Both the position numbers and the translations under genes were made by a program. Shown piece by piece: positions 16,753 through 26,283 of a stretch of 64,000 nt of DNA (the stretch's first letter is position 1; every line of letters begins with the position of its first letter). Origin of the DNA: Actinomycetes bacterium (lineage in GTDB: Bacteria > Actinomycetota > Acidimicrobiia > Acidimicrobiales > RAAP-2); NCBI GenBank assembly GCA_021798955.1, contig JAJZBK010000002.1, positions 15,650 to 79,649 on the forward strand, read 5' to 3'. The notes under the pieces were generated by a model that was not told where the DNA came from, did no database searches, and was given only the letters and a program-made list of their open reading frames with translations.

Positions 16753-18561
16753 CTACTTCTCGTCGTCGCCCGCGCCGAGCGGGGTGCCCTCGGGCACGCC
16801 AACCGGGGCGGACCCGGCTCGCAGCAAACCGTAGACGATCGAATCGCACAGGGCCTGCCACGAGGCGTCGATGATGTTCTCCGACACACCGATGGTCGTC
16901 CACGTCCGCTCTCCGTCCGTCGAGTCGATGAGCACCCGGGTGACCGACCCGGTCCCCGCCCCCGTGTCGAGGACACGGACGCGATAGTCGACCAGGTGGA
17001 TGTCACGCAGTGACGGGTACCAACGCTCGATGGCGTCACGGAGGGCCGCGTCGAGGGCGTTGACCGGCCCGTTCCCTTCGGCGGTGGCCACGATCCGGTC
17101 GGAACCGGCGAGCACCTTGACGGTGGCTTCGGTCGACCGTCCGGCGTTGCGTTCGTCGATCACCCGGTAGGACTCGAGCTCGAAGAAGCCCTGGCGCCAA
17201 CCGGTGGCTCGGCGCAGGAGCAGCTCGAGGGACGCATCGGCCACCTCGAAGTGGTACCCCTGGTGCTCGAGTCGCTTGAGGGAGTCGAGCACGGAAGTCA
17301 TGGCGTCCGAGTCGAGCTCGATGCCCAGCTCGGCCGCTTTCAGAGCGAGCGTCGAACGGCCGGCCATCTCCGAGACCACGAAGCGGGTCCCGTTGCCCAC
17401 CAGCTCGGGGGCGATGTGCTCGTAGGCGTCGGAGCGGCGAGCGATGGCACTCGTATGGAGCCCCGCCTTGTGGGCGAACACCGACGCCCCCACATAGGGC
17501 TGCTGGGGGTTCGGGGCGATGTTGACCAGCTCGGCGATGTGGTGGGCAACCGGCGTGAGACGCTCCAGCCGGCCCTCGGGGATGGTTCGCACGCGCAGCT
17601 TCAACGTCAGGTCGGGGATGGTCGCCGACAGGTCGGCGTTGCCGGCGCGCTCGCCGTAGCCGTTCACGCACCCCTGGACGTGGGTGGCACCGACGCCGAC
17701 GGCGGCCAACGAGTTGGCCACGGCGACCCCCGAGTCGTTGTGGAAGTGGACGCCGACCTGGCTCTCGAAGGAGCCGACCACGTCGGCCACGATGCGGCTC
17801 ACCTCGTGAGGGAGGGTCCCCCCGTTGGTGTCGCAGAGCACGAGGGCCTCGGCGCCCGCTTCCTCTGCCGCCTGCAGGATGCGCCGGGTGAACGCCGGGT
17901 TCGCCTTGTAGCCGTCGAAGAAGTGCTCGGCATCGAGGAACACCCGCAAGTCGTTGCGTCGCAGGAACTCGACCGAGTCGGCGACCATGGCGACGGCTTC
18001 GTCGAGGGTCGTCCTGAGGGCGTCGACGACGTGCACTTCGGACGACTTGGCCACGATGCACACTGCCGACGTCCCCGCTTCGACCAGGTGCCGGAGCGTC
18101 TCGTCGTCCTCCGCCCGGACGCCAGCCCGGCGCGTCGACCCGAAGGCCACCAGGGTGGCGGTGGCGAGGTCGAGCTCCTTTGGAGCTCGGGCGAAGAACT
18201 CGGCGTCTTTCGGGTTAGCCCCCGGCCAACCGCCTTCGATGAAGGTGACCCCCAGGTGGTCGAGCTGCTCGGCTACCCGCAGCTTGTCGTCGACCGTCAG
18301 GGACAGCCCTTCCTGCTGCGAGCCGTCGCGCAGGGTGGTGTCGAAGACGTCGACGGCCTCGGGCAGCGCCGGGAGCCCGGCGCCGTGGCCCGACCCTCCG
18401 TCAGCGGCGCCATTGTCTCGCCCTGCCACGGCCCCGCGACGCGCCCGGAGCTCGGCGTGCGACCGCTGACCGGCGGTCAGCCCGTGGCCGTGGCCACCTG
18501 CATGGTCGTGGCCGTGCTGGTGGTCGTGTGGGCCACCGAGGGTGGGTCCGTCACTCGACAT
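16753..18561 (-). CDS. cimA: Citramalate synthase-type LeuA-family enzyme with a His-rich N-terminal extension
   Basis: VFDTTLRDGSQQEGLSLTVDDKL...IEGGWPGANPKD is the CimA/LeuA_rel signature. The start was set at the ATG at 18561 ([27 protein letters not shown]), overlapping the ilvE stop by 11 nt. The ORF maximum is 18681. Confidence 0.8.
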   Translation of the reverse strand: MSSDGPTLGGPHDHQHGHDHAGGHGHGLTAGQRSHAELRARRGAVAGRDNGAADGGSGHGAGLPALPEAVDVFDTTLRDGSQQEGLSLTVDDKLRVAEQLDHLGVTFIEGGWPGANPKDAEFFARAPKELDLATATLVAFGSTRRAGVRAEDDETLRHLVEAGTSAVCIVAKSSEVHVVDALRTTLDEAVAMVADSVEFLRRNDLRVFLDAEHFFDGYKANPAFTRRILQAAEEAGAEALVLCDTNGGTLPHEVSRIVADVVGSFESQVGVHFHNDSGVAVANSLAAVGVGATHVQGCVNGYGERAGNADLSATIPDLTLKLRVRTIPEGRLERLTPVAHHIAELVNIAPNPQQPYVGASVFAHKAGLHTSAIARRSDAYEHIAPELVGNGTRFVVSEMAGRSTLALKAAELGIELDSDAMTSVLDSLKRLEHQGYHFEVADASLELLLRRATGWRQGFFELESYRVIDERNAGRSTEATVKVLAGSDRIVATAEGNGPVNALDAALRDAIERWYPSLRDIHLVDYRVRVLDTGAGTGSVTRVLIDSTDGERTWTTIGVSENIIDASWQALCDSIVYGLLRAGSAPVGVPEGTPLGAGDDEK

Positions 18562-19480
18562 AGTCGAGCCAGTCCTTGTACCGGTCGACCTCGCCCCGGA
18601 CGGTGTCGTAGTAGGTCTGCTGGATCTGGGCCGTGATCGGTCCCGGCACGCCCTGGCCCATCGGTCGGTCGTCGACGGCACGAATGGGAACCACCTCGGC
18701 AGCGGTCCCGGTGAGGAAGGCCTCGTCGGCGGTGTAGAGGTCCGAGCGGATGATGGGCTCGTAGGCCACTTCGTAGCCGAGGTCGCCTGCGATGGTCTCG
18801 ACCGAGCGCTGGGTGATGCCTTCGAGCGCTCCGGAGTCCGAGCTCGGCGGGGTGACGAGCCGTCCCCGGCGCACGAGGAAGAGGTTCTCGCCCGTGCACT
18901 CGCTGACGTTGCCGTCGGGGGCGAGCAGGATGGCCTCGTCGTAGCCGGCCTTCAGCGCCTCGACCTTGGCGAGCGACGAGTTCACGTACATGCCCGTGCC
19001 CTTGGCCGCCGTGGGCACGGCGTTCGGATCGTGCCGGCGCCACGAGCTGATCTTCATCGACACCCCGTTGGCCACGCCGTCGTCGCCGAGGTAGCTCCCC
19101 CACGGCCAGGCGGCGATGGACACGTTGACCGGGCACGGCAACGGGTTGAGGCCCATCTCGCCGTAGCCGAGGTAGACGAGGGGGCGGATGTAGCAGCCGT
19201 CGTCGAGCCGGTTCACCCGCACCACCTCCTTGGTGGCCGCCACCAGCTCGTCGACCGTGTAGGGAATGTCGATGAGGAACACCTTGGCCGAGGCGAAGAG
19301 TCGCTCGATGTGGTCGCGCAGCCGGAAGACGGCGACCCCCCGAGCCGTCGGGTAGGCACGGATCCCTTCGAAGACGCCCGATCCGTAGTGCATGGTGTGC
19401 GTGAGCACGTGGACGGTGGCGTCCTGCCAGGCGACGAGCTCGCCGTCCATCCAGATCTTGTCGGTGGGGGTGATGGGCAC
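18551..19480 (-). CDS. ilvE: Branched-chain amino acid aminotransferase
   Basis: 309 aa, class IV aminotransferase ([28 protein letters not shown]). Confidence 0.9.
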   Translation of the reverse strand: MPITPTDKIWMDGELVAWQDATVHVLTHTMHYGSGVFEGIRAYPTARGVAVFRLRDHIERLFASAKVFLIDIPYTVDELVAATKEVVRVNRLDDGCYIRPLVYLGYGEMGLNPLPCPVNVSIAAWPWGSYLGDDGVANGVSMKISSWRRHDPNAVPTAAKGTGMYVNSSLAKVEALKAGYDEAILLAPDGNVSECTGENLFLVRRGRLVTPPSSDSGALEGITQRSVETIAGDLGYEVAYEPIIRSDLYTADEAFLTGTAAEVVPIRAVDDRPMGQGVPGPITAQIQQTYYDTVRGEVDRYKDWLDYVE

Positions 19481-19483
19481 GGG

Positions 19484-20503
19484 TCAGAGCCTTTCTGCGA
19501 TGGCGTCGCCGATGGCGGAGGTCGAAAGAGAGGGATCCGGGACGGACGCCACGAACTCGAGCACCGCCTTGGTCACCCGCCGGGCCGCCTCCATCTCGCC
19601 GAGGTGGTCGAGCATGAGGGCGGCCGAACGGATGGCGGCGGCGGGGTTGGCTTTCCCCGTCCCGGCGATGTCGTGGGCGGCACCGTGCACCGGCTCGAAC
19701 ATCGAGGGCCCAGTGCGGTCCGGGTTGAGGTTGGCCGAGGCGGCGTACCCGATGCCCCCGGCCACCGCTCCGGCGAGGTCGGTCAGGATGTCGCCGAACA
19801 GGTTGTCGGTGACGATCACGTCGTAGCGCGAAGCCTGCTCCACCAGGTAGATGCAGGTCGCGTCGACGTGGTTGTAGTCGCGGGAGACCTCGGGGAACTC
19901 GGGGGCAACCTCGTCGACGGTGCGCTGCCAGAGGTCGCCGGCGAAGGTGAGGACGTTCGTCTTGTGGACCAGCGTGAGGTGCCGGCGTGGCCGGTCTGCG
20001 GCCAGACGGAAGGCGAACCGGACGCAGCGTTCGACCCCGTGACGGGTGTTCACCGATCCCTGGGTCGCCACCTCGTGCGGCGTCCCCTTGCGCAGGAACC
20101 CACCCTCGCCGGCGTAGGTTCCCTCGGTGTTCTCCCGGACGACCACGAAGTCGCAGTCGGGCGCCGGAGCACCCGGGACCCCGTTGAAGGGCCGCAGGTT
20201 GACGTAGAGGTCGAGGTCGAACCTCAGTCGAAGGAGCAGACCGCGCTCGAGCGTGCCTGGGGGCACGGCCGTCGATCCCACCGGTGGGCCGATGGCGCCG
20301 AGGAGGATGGCGTCGAAGCCACGAAGCTCCTCGAGCACCGTGTCGGGCAGGACCTCGCCGGTGCGCAGGTAGCGGTCGGCACCCAGGTCGTAACTGGTCG
20401 TCTCGAGGTCCACGCCGGCGGCGGTCACGACCTTCAGCGCCTCGGCCACCACCTCGGGGCCGATGCCGTCGCCGCCGATGAGGGCGACCTTATGGGTTGT
20501 CAC
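19484..20503 (-). CDS. leuB: 3-isopropylmalate dehydrogenase
   Basis: The in-frame GTG at 20503 gives 339 aa starting [18 protein letters not shown]. It has the isocitrate/isopropylmalate dehydrogenase signature ([19 protein letters not shown]). Confidence 0.9.
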   Translation of the reverse strand: MTTHKVALIGGDGIGPEVVAEALKVVTAAGVDLETTSYDLGADRYLRTGEVLPDTVLEELRGFDAILLGAIGPPVGSTAVPPGTLERGLLLRLRFDLDLYVNLRPFNGVPGAPAPDCDFVVVRENTEGTYAGEGGFLRKGTPHEVATQGSVNTRHGVERCVRFAFRLAADRPRRHLTLVHKTNVLTFAGDLWQRTVDEVAPEFPEVSRDYNHVDATCIYLVEQASRYDVIVTDNLFGDILTDLAGAVAGGIGYAASANLNPDRTGPSMFEPVHGAAHDIAGTGKANPAAAIRSAALMLDHLGEMEAARRVTKAVLEFVASVPDPSLSTSAIGDAIAERL

Positions 20504-20519
20504 GGTTCTCGTCCCTACT

Positions 20520-20557
20520 CTCTGCTCTGCTGTCGCTCTGCTGTCGCTCTGCTGTGG
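20520..20557. repeat. 11-bp tandem repeat (ctctgctgtcg) about 3 copies in the leuB leader
   Basis: Copies at 20525-35 and 20536-46, with a partial copy at 20547-57, lying 17 nt upstream of the leuB start. Confidence 0.75.
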
Positions 20558-20712
20558 TCCTACCACCGCCGGCACCTGCCGGCGCCCAGCGGCACTGCCG
20601 GTTTGCCAGCCGGTCGCCAGTCGGCGGCTGCCGACCGGCTGCCACCCCGTAGCGGCCGGTCGTCGGGGCTCCCGGCCCGTCCGCTCGGCGGGCGACGCCC
20701 GGCGGAGAATTG

Positions 20713-20736
20713 AAAAACCGCCCACCAGGTGGACGG
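20713..20736 (-). terminator. Candidate intrinsic terminator (minus strand)
   Basis: The minus-strand RNA ccgucca-ccugg-ugggcgg has a 7-bp stem with one G-U pair, followed by UUUUU. An 8-bp hairpin (aggcacgc/gcgtgcct, 20741-20767) lies just upstream. Confidence 0.4.
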
Positions 20737-20945
20737 TCGAAGGCACGCACCGGGTTGGCGCGTGCCTAGAGAATGCTGCGTACGGTCGCCCGGTGCCACG
20801 ACATAGCCCACTAAGTGTCCCTGCTGGGACGCGCTCCGTCAACCCCGGCACCCCGCAGCCGAGCCCGGTTCCCCAAGGACGGAGGTCGAGGGCATGCGTG
20901 CTCCCGGCGGCGATGCCCCAGACGACCTCGGACCGACCCCGACGG

Positions 20946-20983
20946 GCCGCGCCGTCACAGGCCAGCCGCGCCGTCACAGGCCA
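20946..20983. repeat. 19-bp perfect tandem duplication spanning the tsaC stop codon
   Basis: gccgcgccgtcacaggcca x2. The second copy contains the last codons and the TGA of the tsaC-like gene. Confidence 0.85.
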
Positions 20984-21612
20984 TCGGTCAGCTCGTCGAA
21001 GGGCAGGGCGCCATGGCGGAGGCAACGTGGCTCCGCGCCCGTGCAGTCGACCACCGTCGACGGCTCGCCGGCGCACGTCCCCCCGTCGACCACCAGTTCG
21101 GGCCGTCGGCCGGTGGCGAAGGCGGCCTGTACGTCCTCGGCAGTCGCACACGGCGGGGCGCCGTGCCGGTTCGCACTGGTGACGGCGAGCGGGCCGGCGC
21201 GACGGCACACGGCTGCCACGAAGGCGTGGTCGGGCCAGCGCACGCCGACGGTGCCCGATCGCTCCGGTGGTCCACCGAGGTCGGCGACGAAGTCCGGGGC
21301 CCGAGGAACGACCAGGGTGAGCGGACCGGGCCAGAACCGTCGGGCGAGGTCAGCGGCATACCCACCAAGGGGAGCCGCGACAGCGGGAACCTGGGCGAGC
21401 TCGCCGACGAGGACCGGCAGCGCCACGTCGACGGGCCGCTCCTTGACGGCGAAGAGGGCGGCCACGGCGATCGGGTCGACAGGGAGAGCAGCGACCCCGT
21501 AGACGGTGTCGGTGGGGAGCGCTACCACGCCGCCGGCGGCCAGGACCTCGAGAACGGCGTCGACGGCACGCCGAGCGGTCTCCGGCACCGTGGGGATGAC
21601 CGCTCCGCTCAC
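20974..21612 (-). CDS. tsaC: L-threonylcarbamoyladenylate synthase (YrdC/Sua5 domain, TsaC-type)
   Basis: 212 aa with a YrdC-like domain ([21 protein letters not shown]). The GTGA overlap with the prmC stop matches the conserved position after prfA-prmC. Confidence 0.85.
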   Translation of the reverse strand: MSGAVIPTVPETARRAVDAVLEVLAAGGVVALPTDTVYGVAALPVDPIAVAALFAVKERPVDVALPVLVGELAQVPAVAAPLGGYAADLARRFWPGPLTLVVPRAPDFVADLGGPPERSGTVGVRWPDHAFVAAVCRRAGPLAVTSANRHGAPPCATAEDVQAAFATGRRPELVVDGGTCAGEPSTVVDCTGAEPRCLRHGALPFDELTDGL

Positions 21613-22466
21613 CGGTGGGCCACCACCATGCGGCGTCGGCCGGCGAGGTCGTGCTCGATCCTCACGTCGACGAGCCCGGCCTCACGAGCCAGGGCGGCGG
21701 CGGCATCGGCCTGGTGAGGGGCCAGCTCGACCACGACGGCACCGCCCTGAGCGAGCCACCGGATCGATCCGACCAGCACCTCCTCCACGTCGGCCAGGCC
21801 GTCGACACCCGACGTGCTGGGGCCGGCCACGAGCGCGCTGCGTGGCTCCCACTCCCGTACCACCGGGTCGAGACAGGCGTGCTCGCCCTCGGTGACGTAG
21901 GGCGGATTGGCGACGACGAGGTCACACCGGCCGAGCAGGCCCGTCGGCAGGGCGTCGAACCACCACCCTGCCGCCAGGTGCACCCGCGCTGCTGCCACCG
22001 GGTCGAGGTCGGCCAGGTGCGCGACGTTCTCGCGTGCCAGTGCCAGTGCCTCGGGCGACCAGTCCGTCGCCCACACCTCGAGCCCGGCACCTGCCCCGGC
22101 CTCGACGGCCAGCGACAGGGCGATCGCCCCGGTGCCGGTGCCGAGGTCGACGGCGACCCGGCTCGGACGATGACGGTGGCGGAGCTCGTCGAGTGCCACG
22201 CCGGTGACCACTTCCGTCTCGGGGCGGGGCACCAGCGCGCGGCGGTCCACCCGGAGCTCGAGCGTGCGAAAGGGCCAGGTCCCCAGCACGTACTGGAGCG
22301 GCTCCCCCGCCGCCCGACGACGGGCCAGCTCATAGGCACCCTGCGGACCGAGGCCGGAGACCTCGGCGTGCTCGGCGATCCACACCGCCTCGCGCCGGTC
22401 GCCGACCACGGCCGCCACCTCGTCGACGAGCACCTGGTCCACGTCGCGACGCACGCCGGAGACCAC
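21609..22466 (-). CDS. prmC: Release-factor glutamine N5-methyltransferase
   Basis: SAM motif VDLGTGTGAIAL and catalytic NPPY (VVANPPYV). It lies directly downstream of prfA. Confidence 0.9.
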   Translation of the reverse strand: MVSGVRRDVDQVLVDEVAAVVGDRREAVWIAEHAEVSGLGPQGAYELARRRAAGEPLQYVLGTWPFRTLELRVDRRALVPRPETEVVTGVALDELRHRHRPSRVAVDLGTGTGAIALSLAVEAGAGAGLEVWATDWSPEALALARENVAHLADLDPVAAARVHLAAGWWFDALPTGLLGRCDLVVANPPYVTEGEHACLDPVVREWEPRSALVAGPSTSGVDGLADVEEVLVGSIRWLAQGGAVVVELAPHQADAAAALAREAGLVDVRIEHDLAGRRRMVVAHR

Positions 22467-22469
22467 CGC

Positions 22470-23540
22470 TCAGCCGGCGGCCAGCTGGCGGGCGCGCTTG
22501 TCGGCTACCAGGGCGTCGGTCAGCTCGTCGAGGTCGCCAGCGAGGACGCGGTCGAGCTTGTAGAGGGTCAGCTTGACGCGGTGGTCGGTGACCCTGTTCT
22601 CCTTGTAGTTGTACGTCCGGATCTTCTCGGCCCGCCCACCCGAGCCGACCTGGCTGCGACGCTGTGCCGACAGCTCGGACGCCTGACGGTCCTGCTCGGC
22701 CTTGAGCAGACGCGACCGCAGCACGACCATCGCCTTGGCACGGTTCTGGATCTGGCTCTTCTCGTCCTGCATGGCCACGACGATCCCACTGGGCAGGTGG
22801 GTGACACGGACGGCCGAGTCCGTCGTGTTCACCGACTGCCCTCCGGGGCCGGTCGAGCGGTAGACGTCGATCTTCAGGTCGGCTGGGTCGATGGTCACGT
22901 CGACCTCCTCGGCCTCGGGGAGGACGGTCACCGTCGCCGAGGAGGTATGGACCCGCCCCTGGGACTCAGTGACCGGCACCCGCTGGACGCGATGCGGACC
23001 GCCCTCGTGCTCGAGCCGCTGCCAGGCGTCCTTCCCCTTCACGACGAAGGTCACCTCGTTCAGCCCGTCGCGCTCGGACGGGCTCGACGAGAGCACCTCA
23101 ACGGCCCACCCGCGCTGCGCGGCGTACCGGGTGTACATGTCGAACAGGTCGCGGGCGAACAGGTTGGCTTCTTCGCCGCCTTCGGCACCCCGTATCTCCA
23201 CGATGACGTTCCGCCCGCTGTTCGGATCGCGTGGCAGAAGGCCGACCCGGAGGTCCTCCTCGAGCTCGGCGACCAGACGCTCGGCGCCCTCGACCTCCGA
23301 GCGCACGATCTCGCGGTCGTCCCCCTGGGCGTCGGCAAGCAGCTCGCGAGCGACCTCGAGGTCCGAACGCGCCTCGAGGAGGCGGCGCCAGGTGCCAACG
23401 ACCTCCTCCAACTCCTTCATCCGCTTGGAGAGGACGCGCAGGCGACCCGGGTCGTCGGCCAACCCGGGGTCACCGAGCTCGGCGACGACCGCGTCGTACT
23501 CCTTCTCCAACGCGCTCAGCCGGTCGTCCAGCACGGGCAC
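22470..23540 (-). CDS. prfA: Peptide chain release factor 1
   Basis: 356 aa with the GGQ motif (STGPGGQSVNTTDSAVR) and RF1-type domains. Confidence 0.95.
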   Translation of the reverse strand: MPVLDDRLSALEKEYDAVVAELGDPGLADDPGRLRVLSKRMKELEEVVGTWRRLLEARSDLEVARELLADAQGDDREIVRSEVEGAERLVAELEEDLRVGLLPRDPNSGRNVIVEIRGAEGGEEANLFARDLFDMYTRYAAQRGWAVEVLSSSPSERDGLNEVTFVVKGKDAWQRLEHEGGPHRVQRVPVTESQGRVHTSSATVTVLPEAEEVDVTIDPADLKIDVYRSTGPGGQSVNTTDSAVRVTHLPSGIVVAMQDEKSQIQNRAKAMVVLRSRLLKAEQDRQASELSAQRRSQVGSGGRAEKIRTYNYKENRVTDHRVKLTLYKLDRVLAGDLDELTDALVADKRARQLAAG

Positions 23541-23628
23541 AGGGTACCGGGGGCTCGGTCACGGCTCGGTCGTGGAAGGGTCGACCCGGCGACAGGCAGC
23601 ACGGGCGCATGGCGTCGCGCCCTGCCGG

Positions 23629-23862
23629 TCAGGACGCCGGCGAGGTCCCCTTCTTGCGCGCCGCGCTCTTGGCGTAGCGACGCTGGAAGCGCTCGACACG
23701 ACCACCCGAGTCGACCAGCTTCTGCTTGCCGGTGAAGAACGGGTGGCACTCGTTGCACAGCTCGAGGTGGATCTCGGGCTTGGTCGACCGGGTGGTGAAC
23801 GTGTTGCCACACGAGCACCGAACGGTCGCCGTGACGTACTCGGGGTGGATGTCGGTCTTCAT
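23629..23862 (-). CDS. rpmE: 50S ribosomal protein L31
   Basis: [10 protein letters not shown]...CSCGNTF...[28 protein letters not shown] is a canonical Zn-ribbon L31. Confidence 0.95.
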   Translation of the reverse strand: MKTDIHPEYVTATVRCSCGNTFTTRSTKPEIHLELCNECHPFFTGKQKLVDSGGRVERFQRRYAKSAARKKGTSPAS

Positions 23863-23951
23863 CGCTTTGCTCCCATGTTCCTGCTCGTGCGTGCGGCTGC
23901 TCGGACCCGGTAGCCTACCGGCCCCGTCGACGGGCCCGGTCGACGGGCGCT

Positions 23952-25970
23952 TCAGGCCGACGGGCCCTTGGCGATCTCAGCGAGGAACTCGTCGTTGCTC
24001 GCCGTGGTACGGATCTTGTCCATCAACAACTCGAGACCGGCGGCGGCACTCCCCTCGCTGGCCAGAGCGTTCAGCACCCGCCGGAGCTTCCACACCTGCT
24101 GGAGCTGGGACCGGTCGAAGAGGAGCTCCTCGTGCCGGGTCGAACTGGCGTTGACGTCGATGGACGGGTACAGGCGCCGCTCGGCCAGGCGGCGATCGAG
24201 CCTCAGCTCCATGTTGCCGGTGCCCTTGAACTCCTCGAAGATGACCTCGTCCATCTTCGAACCGGTCTCCACCAGGGCGGTGGCGAGGATGGTCAACGAC
24301 CCGCCCTCTTCGATGTTCCGAGCGGCACCGAAGAACTTCTTCGGTGGGTAGAGAGCACCAGAGTCGACACCACCGGACATGATCCGTCCGGTCGCCGGCT
24401 GGGCGAGGTTGTAGGCCCGGGCCAGGCGAGTGATGCCGTCGAGGATGATGATGACATCCCGGCCCAGCTCCACCAGCCGCTTGGCCCGCTCGATGGCGAG
24501 CTCCGCCACCGTCGTGTGCTCCTCGGAGGGCCGGTCGAAGGTGGAGGCGACCACCTCGCCTCGGACCGACCGGCGCATGTCGGTGACCTCCTCGGGCCGC
24601 TCGTCCACCAAGAGGACCATGAGGTGCACGTCGGGGTTGTTGGCCTCGATCGAGTGGGCGATCTGCTTCATGACGGTCGTCTTGCCGGCCTTCGGCGGCG
24701 ACACGATCAACCCCCGTTGACCCTTGCCGATGGGGGAGAGCAGGTCGACGATCCGGGCGGTCATGTTGTCCTTGTCGCCCGGCAGCTCGAGGCGGAGCTT
24801 CTCGTCGGGGAAGAGCGGGGTCAGCTCCTCGAAGCGAGGCCGGTTGCGGGCCGCCTCGGGATCGAGGCCCGCCACGGTGTCGATACGCAGCAAGGCCGGG
24901 TACTTCTCGCTGCTCCCCGCCGGACGGCACGCGCCCTCGACCACATCGCCGCGCCGCAGGGCGAACCGGCGGGCCTGGCTGATCGAGACGTAGACGTCCT
25001 TGGCCGAAGGCAGGTAGCCGTCGCAGCGCAGGAAGCCGTAGCCCTCGTCGCGGAGGTCGAGGAACCCCCGGACCGGGATGAGGTCGCCCTGGTACTGGTC
25101 AGCCTGTCCGGCGTCCTGCAGGTCACGTTCTCCGCCACCTTGACGGTCCCGTCCCCGACGACGTCGGTTCCCTCGGCGGTTGCCCGCGTCGTCGGGCAGG
25201 CTCGACTGGCCACCCTGACGGTTGCCCTGGTTGCCCTGGTTGCGGCCAGCCTGGCCCTGGCCACCCTGACGGTTGCCCTGGTTGCGGCCAGCCTGGCCGG
25301 TGCCGTTCTGGCCGGTGCCGTTCTGGCCGGTGCCGTTCTGGCCGGTGCCGTTCTGGCCGGTGCCGTTCTGGCCGGTGCCGTTCTGGCGATTGCCGGTGCC
25401 AGCGTGGCGAGGTCCCGGAGGAGAGCTGACCCCCGCGCCCCCGGTGTCGGACGTGGCGGTGGACCCTCCCGCCGTCCCGCCAGCAGACCGGGCCTCCTCG
25501 GCGCGCACCTCGTCCTCGGGGTCGAAGACGAAGACGGCGGGCGGCTTCGCCGTCCGAGCTGGCTCGGACCCGTTGGGGGGCGCTCCGTCGACGACCGAGG
25601 CCGCGGACCCGTTGGGGGGCGCTCCGTCGACGACCGAGGCCGCGGACCCGTTGGAGGGCGCTCCGTCGACGACCGAGGCCGCGGACCCGTTGGAGGGCGC
25701 TCCGTCGACGACCGAGGCCGAGCTGCCTGCGACGGAACCGTCGGCCTGCTCGGCCGGTGCCTTGGCCTTCCTGCCGTTGGCACGTGGGCTGTGGACGGTC
25801 TCCGGTGCCTCGCCGAGCTCGACGCCCGTCGCCCGCAGGATGCCGTCGATCATGTCGGCCTTCTTCGTCCGGGTCGTGGTCTTGACCGAAAGCGCCTGGG
25901 CGATGGCCAGGAGCTCGTCGCGCTCCTTGCGTTCCAGTACCGAGCGCTCGAGCTGCTGTTCCGCAGTCAT
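23952..25970 (-). CDS. rho: Transcription termination factor Rho with a long repetitive N-terminal insertion
   Basis: The C-terminal two-thirds is canonical Rho (RNA-binding CSD, Walker [11 protein letters not shown] loops). The N-terminal insert of about 260 aa is rich in G/N/Q/R/S and contains repeats. Confidence 0.95.
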   Translation of the reverse strand: MTAEQQLERSVLERKERDELLAIAQALSVKTTTRTKKADMIDGILRATGVELGEAPETVHSPRANGRKAKAPAEQADGSVAGSSASVVDGAPSNGSAASVVDGAPSNGSAASVVDGAPPNGSAASVVDGAPPNGSEPARTAKPPAVFVFDPEDEVRAEEARSAGGTAGGSTATSDTGGAGVSSPPGPRHAGTGNRQNGTGQNGTGQNGTGQNGTGQNGTGQNGTGQAGRNQGNRQGGQGQAGRNQGNQGNRQGGQSSLPDDAGNRRGNRRRRGRDRQGGGERDLQDAGQADQYQGDLIPVRGFLDLRDEGYGFLRCDGYLPSAKDVYVSISQARRFALRRGDVVEGACRPAGSSEKYPALLRIDTVAGLDPEAARNRPRFEELTPLFPDEKLRLELPGDKDNMTARIVDLLSPIGKGQRGLIVSPPKAGKTTVMKQIAHSIEANNPDVHLMVLLVDERPEEVTDMRRSVRGEVVASTFDRPSEEHTTVAELAIERAKRLVELGRDVIIILDGITRLARAYNLAQPATGRIMSGGVDSGALYPPKKFFGAARNIEEGGSLTILATALVETGSKMDEVIFEEFKGTGNMELRLDRRLAERRLYPSIDVNASSTRHEELLFDRSQLQQVWKLRRVLNALASEGSAAAGLELLMDKIRTTASNDEFLAEIAKGPSA
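25294..25386. repeat. 15-bp perfect tandem repeat x6 inside rho (encodes NGTGQ x6)
   Basis: ctggccggtgccgtt occurs as six perfect copies. Confidence 0.9.
25566..25722. repeat. 39-bp tandem repeat x4 inside rho (encodes [10 protein letters not shown](P/S)NG x4)
   Basis: Four near-perfect copies of 39 bp, differing at one or two positions. Confidence 0.9.
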
Positions 25971-26283
25971 CGGCTACCTCAATTCATGCCGAGCCGAACG
26001 ACGGGTGGTCCGATGCCCCCCGTCGGGGAAATGGAAAGAACGGGACGCCGTCGGGTTCGCTGCCCGCCGGCACGGCCGACCTGATTGCCGGCGTCCCCCG
26101 TCGCCGTGCTCTGCCACTGGGACGGCCGAACGACCGGAAGACCAGCGACGAGAGCTCCGCGGCGTCCATCAGGGCCGACCGCGGTTGCGAAGGTGGGCCC
26201 ATGTTACCGGGAGGTCCGCCCCGCAGCAACATTGCCCCGGCGAGGCCTGCCGCCCCGTCAGCGACCGGCCACCTGGAGGCCGG

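Noticed and set aside
20894-21502. A plus-strand 202-aa ORF with a GGAGG-ATG start
   Set aside because: It is entirely antisense to the well-supported tsaC-like gene, and its product is Arg/Pro/Ala-rich with no motif.
23921-23947. Imperfect tandem palindromes (cccgtcgacggg / cccggtcgacggg) between rho and rpmE as a terminator
   Set aside because: The loop is too short for a stable hairpin and there is no U-tract on the minus strand. This is probably just a SalI-like palindromic duplication.
25200-25722. Regularly spaced repeats that could superficially look like a CRISPR array
   Set aside because: The units are contiguous with no spacers, in frame, and lie inside the rho coding sequence. 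No cas genes are present in the window.
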